A DNA stretch of 64,000 nt from assembly GCA_951406725.2 (NCBI GenBank), contig OX597819.1, positions 48,174,001-48,238,000 of the forward strand. The letters run 5' to 3'. Under the pieces are notes generated by a model. That model had not been told where the DNA came from. It was given only the letters and a program-made list of their open reading frames with translations, and did no database searches. Source of the stretch: Octopus vulgaris (lineage: Eukaryota). Below, piece by piece: positions 1-12,919 of this stretch; position 1 is the stretch's first letter; every line of letters starts with the position of its first letter. Made by a program: the position numbers and the translations under genes.

Positions 1-499
1 TTATGTTGTGTGTGTGTTACCACCTCTGCCTCCACTTGACAACTGGTGTTTGTCCACATCCTGTAACAGAGTGGTTCAGTATAAGAAACCAATAGATGCA
101 CTGGATTTCATTTGCTCAATTAAACCCTTCAAAGTAGTGTCCCAGCATGGCCACAGTCCAATAATTGAAACAAGTAAAAAGTAACATATGGACATTCTTC
201 TCAGAAGTTTTAAAGAACTAAATTTCAGTGACTACAAGTCAAAATTATTACAAAGAATATAAAATACTAAAAAATAGAACAAAATATTCTTTTGTTCTTT
301 TTACTGGTCTCCGACACTGAACTGTGGTCATTCTGGAGGACCACTTTCATGTAGTAACTCAATCAATTTGAGCCTAGCACTTATCTCAAAATTTGGTACA
401 CATTGTGTCATGCCCTTTTTTACTAATCCACTAAGTTAAGGAAATGTAAACAAGACAACACTGGCTATCAAATGGTGAGAGAGAGATACACACATACAC

Positions 500-935
500 A
501 TCATCATCATCGTTTAACGTCCGTTTTCCATGCTAGCATGGGTTGGACAGTTTGACTGGGGTCTGGGAAGTCAGGAGGCTGCACCAGGCTCCAGTTTGAT
601 CAAGCAGTGTTTCTACAGCTGGATGCCCTTCCGAACGCCAACCACTCCGTGAGTGTAATGGGTGCCTTTTATGTGCCACCGGCACAGGTGCCAGGGGAGG
701 CTGGCAGCAGCCACGATCAGTTGGTGCTTTTTACATGCCACCGGCACAGAAGCCAGTCAAGGCGGCGGCGCTGGCATCGGCCACGTTTGGATAGTGCTTT
801 TTACATGCCACCGGTACAGGTATCATAACTACAATTTCGATTTGGTATTTATTTTGATGTACTTGACTCAATAGGTCTCCTCAAGCACAGCAGGTCACCC
901 TATGATCCAAGGTCGTTCTGCAATCCAAGGTACTT
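500..935 (-). mobile_element. SINE-like retroposon with (GAT)n tail and internal tandem subrepeats (other copies 45535-45830, 50251-50475, 62480-62948 plus)
   Basis: catcatcgtttaacgtccgttttccatgctagcatgggttggac end; repeated gtgctttttacatgccaccggcac units. Confidence 0.75.
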
Positions 936-2247
936 TGGATGGGCTATGCGAAATTGGTGCAGGACACATATATATTATAATGGATGTCTGTCCAGTTTCT
1001 GTTTATTAAAATTATTCAATACATTGGTTAGTCCAGATTACTCAGTAAGGAGCATATGACTAGTTTCCTGGTTTCTCTGGCATATATACCCCTTCCTAGA
1101 AAGGACAGGAAATGAAGCATTTTATTAAATAACACAATGCATCCCCCAGTTCGGGAATTGAAACCGTAATCTTATGATCATGAGTCAAACACCCTAATCA
1201 CTAAGCCATGTACCTCTTCTATACAATGTCTATGCCTCCATATAAATAAATGTTTTTCTTTAGAAGAGTGCTTGTTACTTTCAACTATTATTAAATACAT
1301 CTATTCAAGATGAAAGAAGAACCAACAAACCGTTTTAATTACGAAGAGACTGGTTAACAGACAGAACTGTTGTTTCAAACCACTGTTTTTCAACAGAAAA
1401 TGAATGCCAAATCTTAAAGTAGAATGAACCAATCTTCTTGGCTATGGTACAGAACTGTTTCTGGAAACTGATATCAAGTTCCAGAGGATTTATCAATTTG
1501 TAAATATTCTATTTGATCAGCTAGCTCTATGTCACTTTCTTCTTGGACAAGATAAATCAATCTCAAGAACTAACAAAAGAGTATAGGAGCAAAAACATTA
1601 AAAAAAAACCCAGGATGGTATATTCTTGTTGATTATATTTAGCTCCTCCTCAGTTCAAATAGAGAAGACTTATGAGACATTCCAGCTATGACCATCCTGT
1701 CTTTGTATGAATGCCATGTGAGTGAAATTTGGTAGATAGAGTCTGTACAAAAACCTGTCATGTGTATGTGTGGAGGGAAATATGTGTGCATGCATGTGCA
1801 CACACATGTGTGTGTGTGAGAGAGAAACTCCTACCCACCATTTTAAGCTTACTCATGTAAACTGGTGTGTTAAGCTCCATCCCTTTATATCAGAAAGGCA
1901 ATTCAGGCATTTGATAGAAAAAGATCAATAAAATATGTCTCAAGCCGAAGTACTAGTGTTGATACGATTGACTAAGATCCTTGAAAATGGCACCACAACA
2001 TAGCACCAGTCCAATGATTGCAAAAAGTAAAAGAATGCAATGTTCTTTACAATTATTTAATGCATTAGATAATTTGTAAGTTATCTCACACACACACAAT
2101 GAGCTGCATTTTAATCTTCTAATAATAGCCTTTTCTAAATCTATGTTTGAAGGCTGTAACACTTAAGAAATGTCCAAAAAAATAAGAGACAGACACAAAC
2201 ACACACTAACTCGCTTTCAAATTGCTAAGCTATAAGCTGTACTTTAC

Positions 2248-2269
2248 CTAAAACAATATCTAATAGCTT
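2248..2269 (-). CDS. Possible 22-nt microexon or alternative terminal exon (EAIRYCFR)
   Basis: Strong polypyrimidine acceptor ttttcttctcttctatttcag, upstream CTAAC branch-like motif, AG|gtaaag donor-like site; open in phase 1. Confidence 0.3.
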
Positions 2270-2610
2270 CTGAAATAGAAGAGAAGAAAACCACACTGCG
2301 AGTCACTAGACATGTTAGCTACAGAAAGTGAGAGATAAGGAGAGACAAGGCCAGGCCACATACAAGTCAAGAGTATTAATTAAGTCCAACTATAAAGCTA
2401 AACATGTTAATTCAAGGCTACCAGTAATTACTAATAAGCAGAAAGAAGAGTAAAGTACTATGATCAAACAATGGAAATGTAGCAATTTATCTTTTGATTT
2501 GGGATAACATTAAGCTTCAGAGAGTACTTAAAACAATGGGGAAGGGGTGAAGGTAACACATGCAACTAACATCACGGTGACAATGAATTGAGCTTTATTG
2601 GCAAAGAATA

Positions 2611-2833
2611 TCAACACCCAAATTTGCTAGTCTGAATTTCGAAAAAAAAAATAATGATGAAAAAAATTATATTATAATATCAAAAAAGAAAATATTCTTT
2701 ATGAATTTAATTTACAAAAAAAAAAAAAAAAAAATCAGAAAATTTATTTTTGACGGAAAACTAAAAATAATATTTGTTTCAGTTTTTTTTTTTTATTGAA
2801 ATAAAATCAAAATTATTGCCATTTGGGTGTTGA
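2611..2833. repeat. AT-rich inverted-repeat element
   Basis: tcaacacccaaat ... atttgggtgttga termini. Confidence 0.45.
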
Positions 2834-3331
2834 GTATGGCAAAATAATAACAGTATTTTAAAGCGAAATATAGACAAAATAAGCTTGCTCCAATATATAA
2901 ACAGTAAAATAATATCAGGTTATGTAGGAATTAGTGTTGAAACACACAAGTGCCAAAAAGGAAACAGAGGTCAACATTTAACTAAAGTAACCCCTTCATA
3001 GCCAAATTACCTCTTGTAAGACAGATCTTGTATAGAGATAGCAGTTAAAAAAGCAGGCCATGGTGTGGAGTAAAAATATAAAAAGGTTATTTAAACTGAA
3101 GTATTCATTTAATTGAGGTATTCTAGGATATGAAAGGGTTAAATACAGAACAGTGTTCAAAATATTTTGAATTTTTCTAAGTATTGGAAATTTCTTAACA
3201 GGTTTATTAAAGAGAAATATTTAGTTGATTTGTTATAATTCATATATGATGAAAGGGTTTATTGCAAGCTACAACTGTAATTATGTCACTGAAAGTTGGG
3301 TTATTGTTTCAGGTATTGTAGAGGCTACAGC

Positions 3332-3545
3332 TTACCCCGTTAGCATTTAAACAGGCCATATCTTGCCCATAATGTTTAATGTTCAAAAAGCGCAGATCTG
3401 GCCTCTCACACCTATCCTATAATGTCATTCTAAAATTAAACAATCACATAGTCAAAATCTCAAGCTACAAGATAACTTATGATTCAAAGCAATGTGAACA
3501 AATGAGCATTACATTTCAGAGAGTAACCTCAATGTTAAGGGTTAT
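3332..3545 (+). mobile_element. TTAA-type MITE family A (other copies ~30866-31093 minus, 44430-44580, 51482-51655 minus, 56101-56327)
   Basis: Shared core gatctggcctctcacacc..aatgtcattctaaaa and ttaaccc/gggttaa-like ends across the copies. Confidence 0.65.
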
Positions 3546-4359
3546 GGAAGATTCAATAGTTCAATCCATTTTAGAGGTGAATAACACATTTATATACCAC
3601 AGTTGGTAGCAAACAGATACCAAGTCCATGATTTAGCTTTACAAAACCAGTTGGAACTATTTCACTACTTAATGTTTTGGAAAGAACATGAATATCACAA
3701 CTTCCCTTTTAGTTCCTCTAAAAACCTTAGGCTTTATGCTAATATAAGACTGTTAGTATTAATACGAACAGTATAATTGTAAATTGATACCAACTTCATT
3801 TCATTTAGTGTCAATTTTTTTTCTTCTTCCAAACCTACTCAGACAAGGGTTTATTCTACCAAAACAGATGGCAACTGTGCAGAGTTGCAGATGATATAGA
3901 GGAGGTGCTGTAGCTAAATGTTACATGACAGCCCACATCCCAACATATAAGCTTACACTTTTACTAGCTGTTACCAGTGGGCTACAATCTATGCTGGTGC
4001 AGTGTAAAGAAAAATTATTTAACTCTCTTAGTTTAGAGAAAATGCTTTTTTTTTTTTTTATTCTCCATTATCAAACAAACAAACAAAACTGGACAGAATA
4101 GTGCATAAGATGCAGATAGGCGTAAACTGTGAGTTTTGATAAACTATTCAGTTTTATTTGCTTGTTTGATAGAGTTGTAATAACATAGAATGTTTGAAAT
4201 AAGAACTTGAACAAAGCCCTGTGTATTGCAAGTCAGCAATGTTAAACCATTCAATATTATTGCTCACCATAAGAAAACTCCCTCAAAATTAAACAGGATT
4301 ATTTAAATATTAAAAACGAAAGTGCATTGTTGAAAACAAGAAGAAATGGTATCTGTTAC

Positions 4360-4534
4360 CCTGAGCAGCTTGATCTGGTCGTCGTTGTTCCATAAAATCC
4401 CGGGTTTGTTTGATACCCTTATAGCTGATCTCACTCTGAATCTGAGTATTCTGCTTGATGCGTTGCAATTCTGGATCATCAGCAATGGTGATGAGTTTTC
4501 CTTTCTGTTTCTCAAAATCTTCATGATATTTAAT
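4360..4534 (-). CDS. Lasp: Lasp exon: canonical last nebulin repeat plus start of linker (IKYHEDFEKQKGKLITIADDPELQRIKQNTQIQSEISYKGIKQTRDFMEQRRPDQAAQG)
   Basis: tttcag acceptor, gtaaca donor, 175 nt, phase 0 to 1; within ORF 4310-4561. ADDPELQRIK resembles the LASP1/Drosophila Lasp second repeat. Confidence 0.92.
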
Positions 4535-4934
4535 CTGAAAGGTAAATAAGGAAGAACTCAATAAAATACAGAATATGGTTTACAATAAAGCTATGTAGAT
4601 GGGCAGAATTGGTGATAGAGTGAGTTACTTCAGCTATGAAAGTTCAGGAATACCTGTAATAAAGATTTAAACTGATTACATGGCTTGTTCAATTTTAGTG
4701 TCCATTTTTCCATGCTAACATGACCTTGACACGACTCGATCTTAACACAGGATTTTACAACCAGATGCTCTTCCTGTTACCAACCCTCACCTATTTTTTG
4801 GGTAAGGGATTTTTATACTCCACAGGTCTTTAAAAGCATAGAGTAATCGATAATAGTGTCAACAAGAAATGTCAATATCAACACTGCTTTGCTCATATGC
4901 TTAACAAATATCAACACTCTCTCTCTCTCTCTCG

Positions 4935-4966
<32 letters not shown>

Positions 4967-7208
4967 ATGGAATCAATACAGTTTTCATCAGTGAAATTCA
5001 CTCACAAGACATTGACCAGCCCAAGGCAATTGAAGAAGGCACCACCCCAAGATGTTGCAGAGTGAGACAGAACCCACTCTTAGCCACACAGCAATGCCTC
5101 TGTCTAAGCCATGGCTAAGTGGAGTATCAAATAAAACAGACAGGATTTGCAATGAGATATACAGATAGGCAGAGTCATTAAAAGAATTATTTTAACTACA
5201 GAGTTCTTCAGGAATACCTGTAACAAAAATGTTTATTACATTATGAAAACAAAATATAAAATGTCTCTACACTAGAATCTATGAGCCAATGAGGTAAGCA
5301 CTACGAGTCATTCAATCTGCAAGTAATAACAGCTAAATTCCCTTAAATATCACTCTAGAATATCAAAAATAGGACACATGGAACAATGTAGTTCTGGAGA
5401 TAAATATATATATATTTATACACATACACAAGTCACAGTTGGAATATTTTTGATTGTAGTTCTACTTAATCAGAGCTGACCAAAGACTAATTAACAACAC
5501 TTGAATCTAATTCCAATAAATATATTACAAAAAATGAACTGAATTAAGTAAAGCTAATGCATGTATTTGGTTCTAAAACCCCATTTTACACTTCTCTAGT
5601 AATCAGATACTGTCAATAAATATTAATAATAACCATAAGAAAAAACAACCAACAAAAATTAACTCATTACAAATTCAAGTTTTAAACTTAATATAAACCA
5701 GAAGACCAATTATCTAAGATGCCACAATTTATTTCAATAAAATCTGTTACCATATATCATATTCAACTAACCACAAACACAAGTTTACTTTCTTCTAACA
5801 TTTTTAATGGAAAATTGAATCGGCTTGAATTTGCACTTTGACTTCCCATCTGCAAAAATTCAGCCACAAAAATAAAATCCCAGCTCTCAAGAAATTAAGA
5901 TATATAAAAATAGTAACTGCTATGTCATTCTTTTCTGATAAGATTAGAAATTGCATTATTTAGAATCTTTACCGAGTTTTTAGTTTATAATACCACCAGC
6001 TGTGTATTTTCCATTTTACCTTGATATTGGACAAATTAGATATCCATGAAAACGTTCTTGAGTTTTATTTATTGTTAAAGTCTTGTACCAATAATGGTTT
6101 GTTTGTATGCTGTTGTTTTTATGGTAGCTTTAGAGTCTAGAGTTATTTGTACATCACAAATGGTTGGATTGAATAATCTGAGTGCCAAATGAGCACAAAG
6201 TCATAAGCTTAGCCTTGCTACAGACTCCAAACTCAAACATTAAGTAATTAAGCACCTTTATAAATAAAAATCAGTAGGATTCAAGAATTGAGCCACTATA
6301 AATACAGAAATATTTCAATAATGAGGGAAAAATACAATTTACTATCAAACATACATACACATACTGATATCCAGTAGTTGGCAGATTAGCAAAGACTCAT
6401 TGCTCCTATCTGCAAGATGATGATGCTACAACATATGCAGGGCCATACCCCACCTTAAAGGTAATCTGATTGACTGGCAATAAACTAGAACTGTTTACCT
6501 ATCACACATACACTAGAACTAGGTTAGACATGTCCTCAGACAAGATAAAGAAAGTGATTGCATCGTGGCACCAAAGTGACATCCTGTGGGGAAAAGAGCA
6601 ACAGAGTGCCCTAAAACCACATGGCAAAGGACCACTGACAAAGAAAGGAGACAAGCAGGGTGAAGAAGCTGGAATGAGACCAGAACAATGGCAGAAAACA
6701 GAGCTGGTTAGCGAGATTTTGGTGCAACTTCATGGCACAGAGATAAATAACTATCTACTACTACAATAACCTCTACTTCTCTGAGCTAACATTCTCCATA
6801 TTACCACTACTCAAATCTACCTCAAGTAGATGCCTTTTCACTTCTTATCATCCCTACTGTCTCATACCTAAAAATCCTTCACTCGATATCTCCAAATAAC
6901 AGAAATTCAAACCAAAACTTACCCATGTCAACCCCAGCAGGCCAGGGCAGGTTCTGCAATGGTCTTGAATGACACCCTTTTCCCTCCATCTAAACCAATA
7001 ACATTCACTTCTAACATTAGCACAAACCCCAAATTTGAAGGTGTCTTTAAATTTAATCAAATGAATTTTTATTTGACTGCCCTTAGAAGGGTGTCGGGTA
7101 AAAATCAACCCAGATAGGATTTGGACTTACAACATACAAGAGCTTATCTAAACAACACCAGCATTCAATTAATTATTTGGTGGCGGAGAAGCAATGTGGT
7201 TTCTGAAA

Positions 7209-7434
7209 TTAACCCTTCTATAACAACCCGCCTGAAACTGCCTCTGGTTCTGTAGTACAAATGTCTTGTTTTCAAAAGTTTTGAATTAAAATCTTCCACC
7301 AAACTTTAGTCCCAATTTATGTTCCTAACACTAGCTTAATAACTAAGTTATTTTACTAAATTCTTTGTTATATTTAAAATTTATTGAAAGAAACACAGAG
7401 CATCTCAACAGAAATATGGTATCAAAAGGCTTAA
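7209..7434 (+). mobile_element. TTAA-type MITE family B (other copies ~24267-24421 minus, 28207-28429, 37790-38010)
   Basis: ttaaccctt..gcctctggttctgtagtacaaatgtc..gaaatatggt..aaaaggcttaa shared between copies. Confidence 0.65.
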
Positions 7435-9218
7435 TCCCATACTGAAACAAGTAATTAATTTAACACTTCCAAGTTCCTAAAACTACTAATAAGCTTTTTG
7501 AAATGAGAGAATAGAACAATAATCCAGTTATTCTTAAAAACTATGGTTATAATTTGAGATACATAAATAAGAAAAGTATATAAACACTGGAGATATATAG
7601 CTGACTGGCTTACATGTAGACGATACCCAACAGATTTTTAATGAGAACTGGGAAATATCCCCCACCAACCACAATACATAAATGGCAATCAAGATACTCT
7701 TCATCAAAAATCTGTGATGGTTTTCTTAAAATGACTTCATCTTAATAGAAAATGTAATTCTTTTGAAATAGATATTAATTAAATTAAATTAAATATAGTC
7801 TAAAGCGATTTTAAATTGAACAAAGATAATGCTTCTAAATCTGAACATTAAAATAAATACTTGTCTATTTAATTCACAGAGATTAATCAAATGAAATAGT
7901 TAAAATAGGATTAACTCTTTGGAGTCAAAGCCACATACTGTTTCACAGTAAAGGAAACAAAACCATCTTAATAAGGAACAAAAATAACAAGGGGGTTATT
8001 ATTTAAAATACTATTTAAAAAGGGAAGCCTGAATTTTAAAAACAAAGCAAGACACCATATCATATCATATACAAAGTGCTACCAATATCTAACATGCAGA
8101 TCTTTCAACTGGTTGTGTCTGCAAATTATATATATATCTTGAAGTATGATCTTCTTTCCAGTACAAAAATGGCAAATTGATGGAGTAAATATGTACATAA
8201 AATAAACAAGATATGAACTGCCACTAAGGAACAAAGAAGAAAAAAAACAAAACAATATTTCTCATCAACTGTGCTATTATTGGTAGATACCTAACCGTCT
8301 CCCACCTACTCTCCTTTTCCAGAAATATACAAAATACTTGGATATTAGCACTATACCTGTATACATATGTGTCTGATGTGTATTATTATCACTTGGAGAG
8401 ATATTATCAGTTGCATAATATAAGATTCTCTCTCTCTCTCTCCCACTCTCTCCTATCAAAAGGTTTCACTTAAGTAGAAAACCTCATCAGTTATGTCATG
8501 GAAATGCTGACCTTACGGTCATAACTGACTCCAGTTATGTCAGTTTCAGCTCTTAAAACATACTTAGTGACAATCTAATGATCTTAAATGAAACCAGACA
8601 CTGTTTGCAGCCATTGAGTTTAGCTTTTCCAATACATTATTGGTCCTATAATATAATAAGGAATGAAATCTAGAAGAAATTGTTTTCCCCACTAACTTAT
8701 TTTTCTTTCATTTTTATTGCAATAATTTTTCAAAAATTTTCAGAGAGTTTTTACAAAAGAATGATGACTAAAACAAAAAAAAAAAAAAATGAACATGTAG
8801 TCTAACAACAGGAGCTGTTTATTTTTTTTTATTAGTTTTGGTGACTGAACTGCAGTTGTACTATGGTACCACTTTCAAGAGTTTTAATTTCTAATATTTT
8901 ATCTGGTGCTTATTTTTAGTGACCTTGTAGAGAATCAAAAGACAAACTGACCTTGGCATGAAGGGGCATAACTTGAGAGCAACTAATATTCCTTTTTACT
9001 ATAGGCACAAGGCCTTAAGTTTTAGGGGATGGAGATAGTCAATTACTCAACCCTAGTGCTCAACTGGTACTTATTTTATCAACCCTGAAAGAATGAAAGG
9101 CAAAACTGACATCAACAGAATTTAAACTCAGAATGTGAAAATAGCCAAAATACTTCTAAGCATTTTGCCAGATCAACTAACAATTCTGCCAGCTCAGTGC
9201 CTTAAAAAGTTGCCAGCA

Positions 9219-9295
9219 GGTGGCTATAGCGAATCAAACCCTGTCACCTCTCAGATAACAGCTGAGTGCTCTGTACTATTAAGCTAAGTGGATCC
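9219..9295 (-). pseudogene. tRNA-like (Asn GTT anticodon arm) pseudogene or SINE head
   Basis: tagcttaatagta A-box, ctcag-ctGTTat-ctgag arm, ggtttgattc B-box; the acceptor stem does not pair. Confidence 0.35.
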
Positions 9296-9858
9296 TGACA
9301 GGGTGGAACTAATATGGTGAAGTATTTTCATTTGATGTACTAAATTTGACCATCTCACATGCACACACAGAAACCTAGTAGGCTTCACAGTTTCTCACTA
9401 CCAAACTTACTTCATATGGTTTTGATCAACTTAATGTTATGGTAGAAGATACTTTGCTCAAAGTATCACACAACGGAGAGAGGAGGGGGTCACAACTACA
9501 AAGTCACAACTTCTCAATCACATGGTCAAATTTATGAAATCATAAACCTAAGAATCAAGTTATAAAAGATTTAAAATAATCCAAATAGCATTAAATAAGA
9601 TCATAAAATTATTAGATAATCCCTGTTAGTTTTGAAGAAAATGATTCCTAAAATAAAAATAAATTATGCAAGTAGACACTTTGAAAGGGGGGGGGGACAT
9701 CAAACTTCAAAATGAGAAGGGCTAAATTACTATATTTGAAAATTAGAAGGGAATTTAGAAGTCTAAACTTAGCTCCTGTTGTATGTATGCTAAATTAAGA
9801 TGGAAATGATGATGAATGGACAGTAATGAAGCTGAGTGAGCAAGACAACACTCAGTAC

Positions 9859-9966
9859 CATGCTGGCATTCTTGGCATTTTCCAGATGTCTCTTCATCTC
9901 GATAGAATCTGCTGTCATTTTCGCTGCAGACCCTTTCTGCTTTTCAAAGTCACTGTGATACTGAAT
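9859..9966 (-). CDS. Lasp: Lasp nebulin-repeat exon (IQYHSDFEKQKGSAAKMTADSIEMKRHLENAKNASM)
   Basis: tgcag/gtactg boundaries, 108 nt, phase 0-0, open frame. Confidence 0.9.
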
Positions 9967-12811
9967 CTGCAGAAGTCAATAAATTTAACTTTAACCCTAT
10001 CCCAAGATTCAAAACATTTAGGCAATTTTAATTTTGAAATTACAAGGTTTTTTTTTTTTAAATGAGCACTTTTGCTTTTGTATTTATTTTTCATTTTATA
10101 AAAAATTGTAAAACTCTGTATAAGGAAATTCTGATCCATTAAAATTACATTCTTTAAGAGGAATTTTTAAAAAGAAAATTAGTTTTTATTTTTAAAAAAC
10201 ATATATTAATATATTTATATTTGTAACGAAAACTTTCATACAAGAATATTTTAATTATATAAAGAAATTTAATATAAATAGTGCATTTGTTTGGTTATTG
10301 TGCAAATGACATGAGTTTTGCAACTGCAAGGAAATAAGTGCAGATCTCTGCTAGCACTGGTAATACTTCAACCAAACATTCAAAGTTTGCAAAAGCTTTT
10401 AAAACATTTAAGGAATCAAGCAACTCTGGGATAACAAATCAACAACAACTTACCATTTAACACTTTAGCCATGGGAATTTTTCTACCTGAAAATTTTCCA
10501 GGTGTTATTTATTGTTGCTAATACTAGTGGTTGTTGAAAACAGCTACTCTCTATGTGGGGGTGACCATTTTAATGTGATACAGGATATTTGATGAATCAA
10601 GAGCACATCCTAGATTGGATTTCTATTTGGAATCATTTCAAATATGTAGCCAATGCCCTTGAAATATAGTTCACTTGCTCCCCTCTAGAATTTTAATGCC
10701 TAATATAAAAAAAATTATTACTAACTACTGATGAATGGATCTAATTTTTGAAGGCTTTGATTTAACAGTTCATGTATATTCCTAATATCCTCTGGAAATT
10801 AACAAACTTCTATCCCAGATTGAAATCATTTACTACTACACATTATATTCTGTTCTCTTCTATGAAACAAGTTGATTGTTTGATAGTGGACTTAAATGTA
10901 ATTTGCTTCCCAGCACAACACAGTCATGCAGAGATTGAGAAAAGAGATGGAAAATTTTTGTTTAAATTCTAGTATAAGCTCACACAGCAACAAAATAAAG
11001 AACAAACAACTATTAATTTAGCAATTAAACAAAACTCAAGTATCTGCATTCAAGATGGTAGGAAGGTACTCTAATACTGCCAATTTGTGTACAGATGATA
11101 GATTTTTGAACATTCTAGTAACTGTATGTACCTCATTAAATTGAGACCAGCGGGTAATAACTTTTGAAACAATGAAATATGTTAAGGTCTGCCTATTTTC
11201 CCAGATGATACCAATCATCAAATGCTAAAATTAAGGATGTGTACTCTAAATAAAACTAAAAAGTGAAAACAAATGCTTGAAAAAAAGCTAAACCAGTCAA
11301 AAAACAGAAGTTAAACTAAACATTGAGACATGTGAAGCTGCTGTTTTAAGACCAATTTCTACAAATAGAACATGATTCTAGGTGGATAGATGTCCAGCTC
11401 AGTTGCTGCAGTTTCTAATTGATGCTAAAATAGATTTCAAACATCTTTTTAACACGGCAACCTATGTGTTTTCTGCAGATTCGTTTTATCACATAAAACT
11501 TTGGTATGTTTGAAAAATGAGCTTAAAGGGGAAAAAATACACTAGATTTCAGGAGATACTAAGTTACTACAACACCATATAGTATGTAATAAAGTGAAAG
11601 CCTTTTAAAAATGTTACAAATGATATTTACTTGATAAAATTCAAATTGATCTTTTTCAGTCTACAGCATTTAAAATTTGTCCTGATAAGCTATTTCTCAA
11701 AAAATACTTCATCAGATGATTACAAGAACTGTACTAAGAGCATCTCAATCTCTCTCGAAATTCCAAAATTTTTATAGCAGTTCAGCCTCCCTTGATACCA
11801 TAGCAACAAAGCTACACTGATATCAGCTTAGTAAATGAAATTGTAGTAATGGTACATTTACTTTACTCCAGTTAGAAGATAAGTTTAACATCAGTACTAA
11901 AAATATTCAGATACTTCAGTTCCTTCTTTTTTTAACACTTACGTCAATGTTTTCCTTGTTTTAAAGAGAGTTTATGGTTTCATCAATATGTATGTAAATG
12001 GCTATTTATCCAAACTTGCCTAGATCAAACTGGCCTACTTGCCTATAACTCATCACACTGTAAGTAAAGGCTATGCTTTTGTAAAGCCTTTATAATGTTA
12101 TATATCCACACATAAACATCCTACAAAAATATTCAGTAGGAGGAACATTTTCAATTAGAAAAAATGACTGATGCTTCAAAAGATAAAATAGTTAGTACTG
12201 GACATGAATGACTTTGAAAACTTATTCATGTCTTCACTAAATGAGTATAGTTAGATTGAAGAAATGCATTCAAATGGAAATGAACTATGAATCTCTTGAT
12301 AGAGCCTCACCATGTGAACAATCAAAGATGACAGTAGTTAACTGACCCATTCTGATAATGAAAGGGCTTCAATGAATTATACAGTCAATCTTACCAGCAA
12401 TCTGTAAAGAGTCGGTAAACAATGAACTGTGCAGCCAATCTTACCAGCAATCTATAGAGACCCAGAAAACCTTTAGATTCTACCAATAACTTAATTTCGT
12501 TAATAACCCTAGAGAACTGTACAGTTTCCGTTATCTGATACATTTCAAAGTACTGTGCCAAAAATAGATTTATTGTTGAAGAAAAGGTTTGTAATAGTTT
12601 TCTTTTTTTTTTTTTTCATTTTGAAATCAAGTGTATTTTTAAGGAAAGCTAATGTATTAAAAAATTAGTCAAGTTTCTAGATAATTTAATTCAAGTAATC
12701 AATTTAATTTAAGTAATCAATATTTAGCATCTTGATAAACCAGAAAGGTAGGGATAAAAAAAAAAAAGGCGACTAACTGGAGCAACCAAGCCAAACTAAG
12801 TGAGTTAGTAC

Positions 12812-12919
12812 CGCACTGAGGTTCTTGGCATTTTCAGCATGTCTTTTCATTTCAAGAGACTCCACAGTCACTTGAGTGGCTGTCCCTTTCAGTTTAGTAA
12901 AATCACTTCGATAATGCAT
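12812..12919 (-). CDS. Lasp: Lasp nebulin-repeat exon (MHYRSDFTKLKGTATQVTVESLEMKRHAENAKNLSA)
   Basis: cacag/gtacta boundaries, 108 nt, phase 0-0, open frame. Confidence 0.88.

Noticed and set aside
660-812. CRISPR-like repeated gtgctttttacatgccaccggcac units with spacers
   Set aside because: They are internal subrepeats of a dispersed eukaryotic retroposon present several times in the window; there are no cas genes.
3862-3915. Possible short linker exon (APPLYHLQLCTVAICF)
   Set aside because: Weak splice signals and no recognisable homology.
1-4359. SH3-domain exon
   Set aside because: No ALYDY, GWM or PANY coding pattern seen.
6400-7030. GC-richer stretch with a 99-aa ORF
   Set aside because: No recognisable domain or splice structure; likely a decayed TE.
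12382-12460. 49-bp-period direct duplication (caatcttaccagcaatct)
   Set aside because: Simple local duplication with no further structure.
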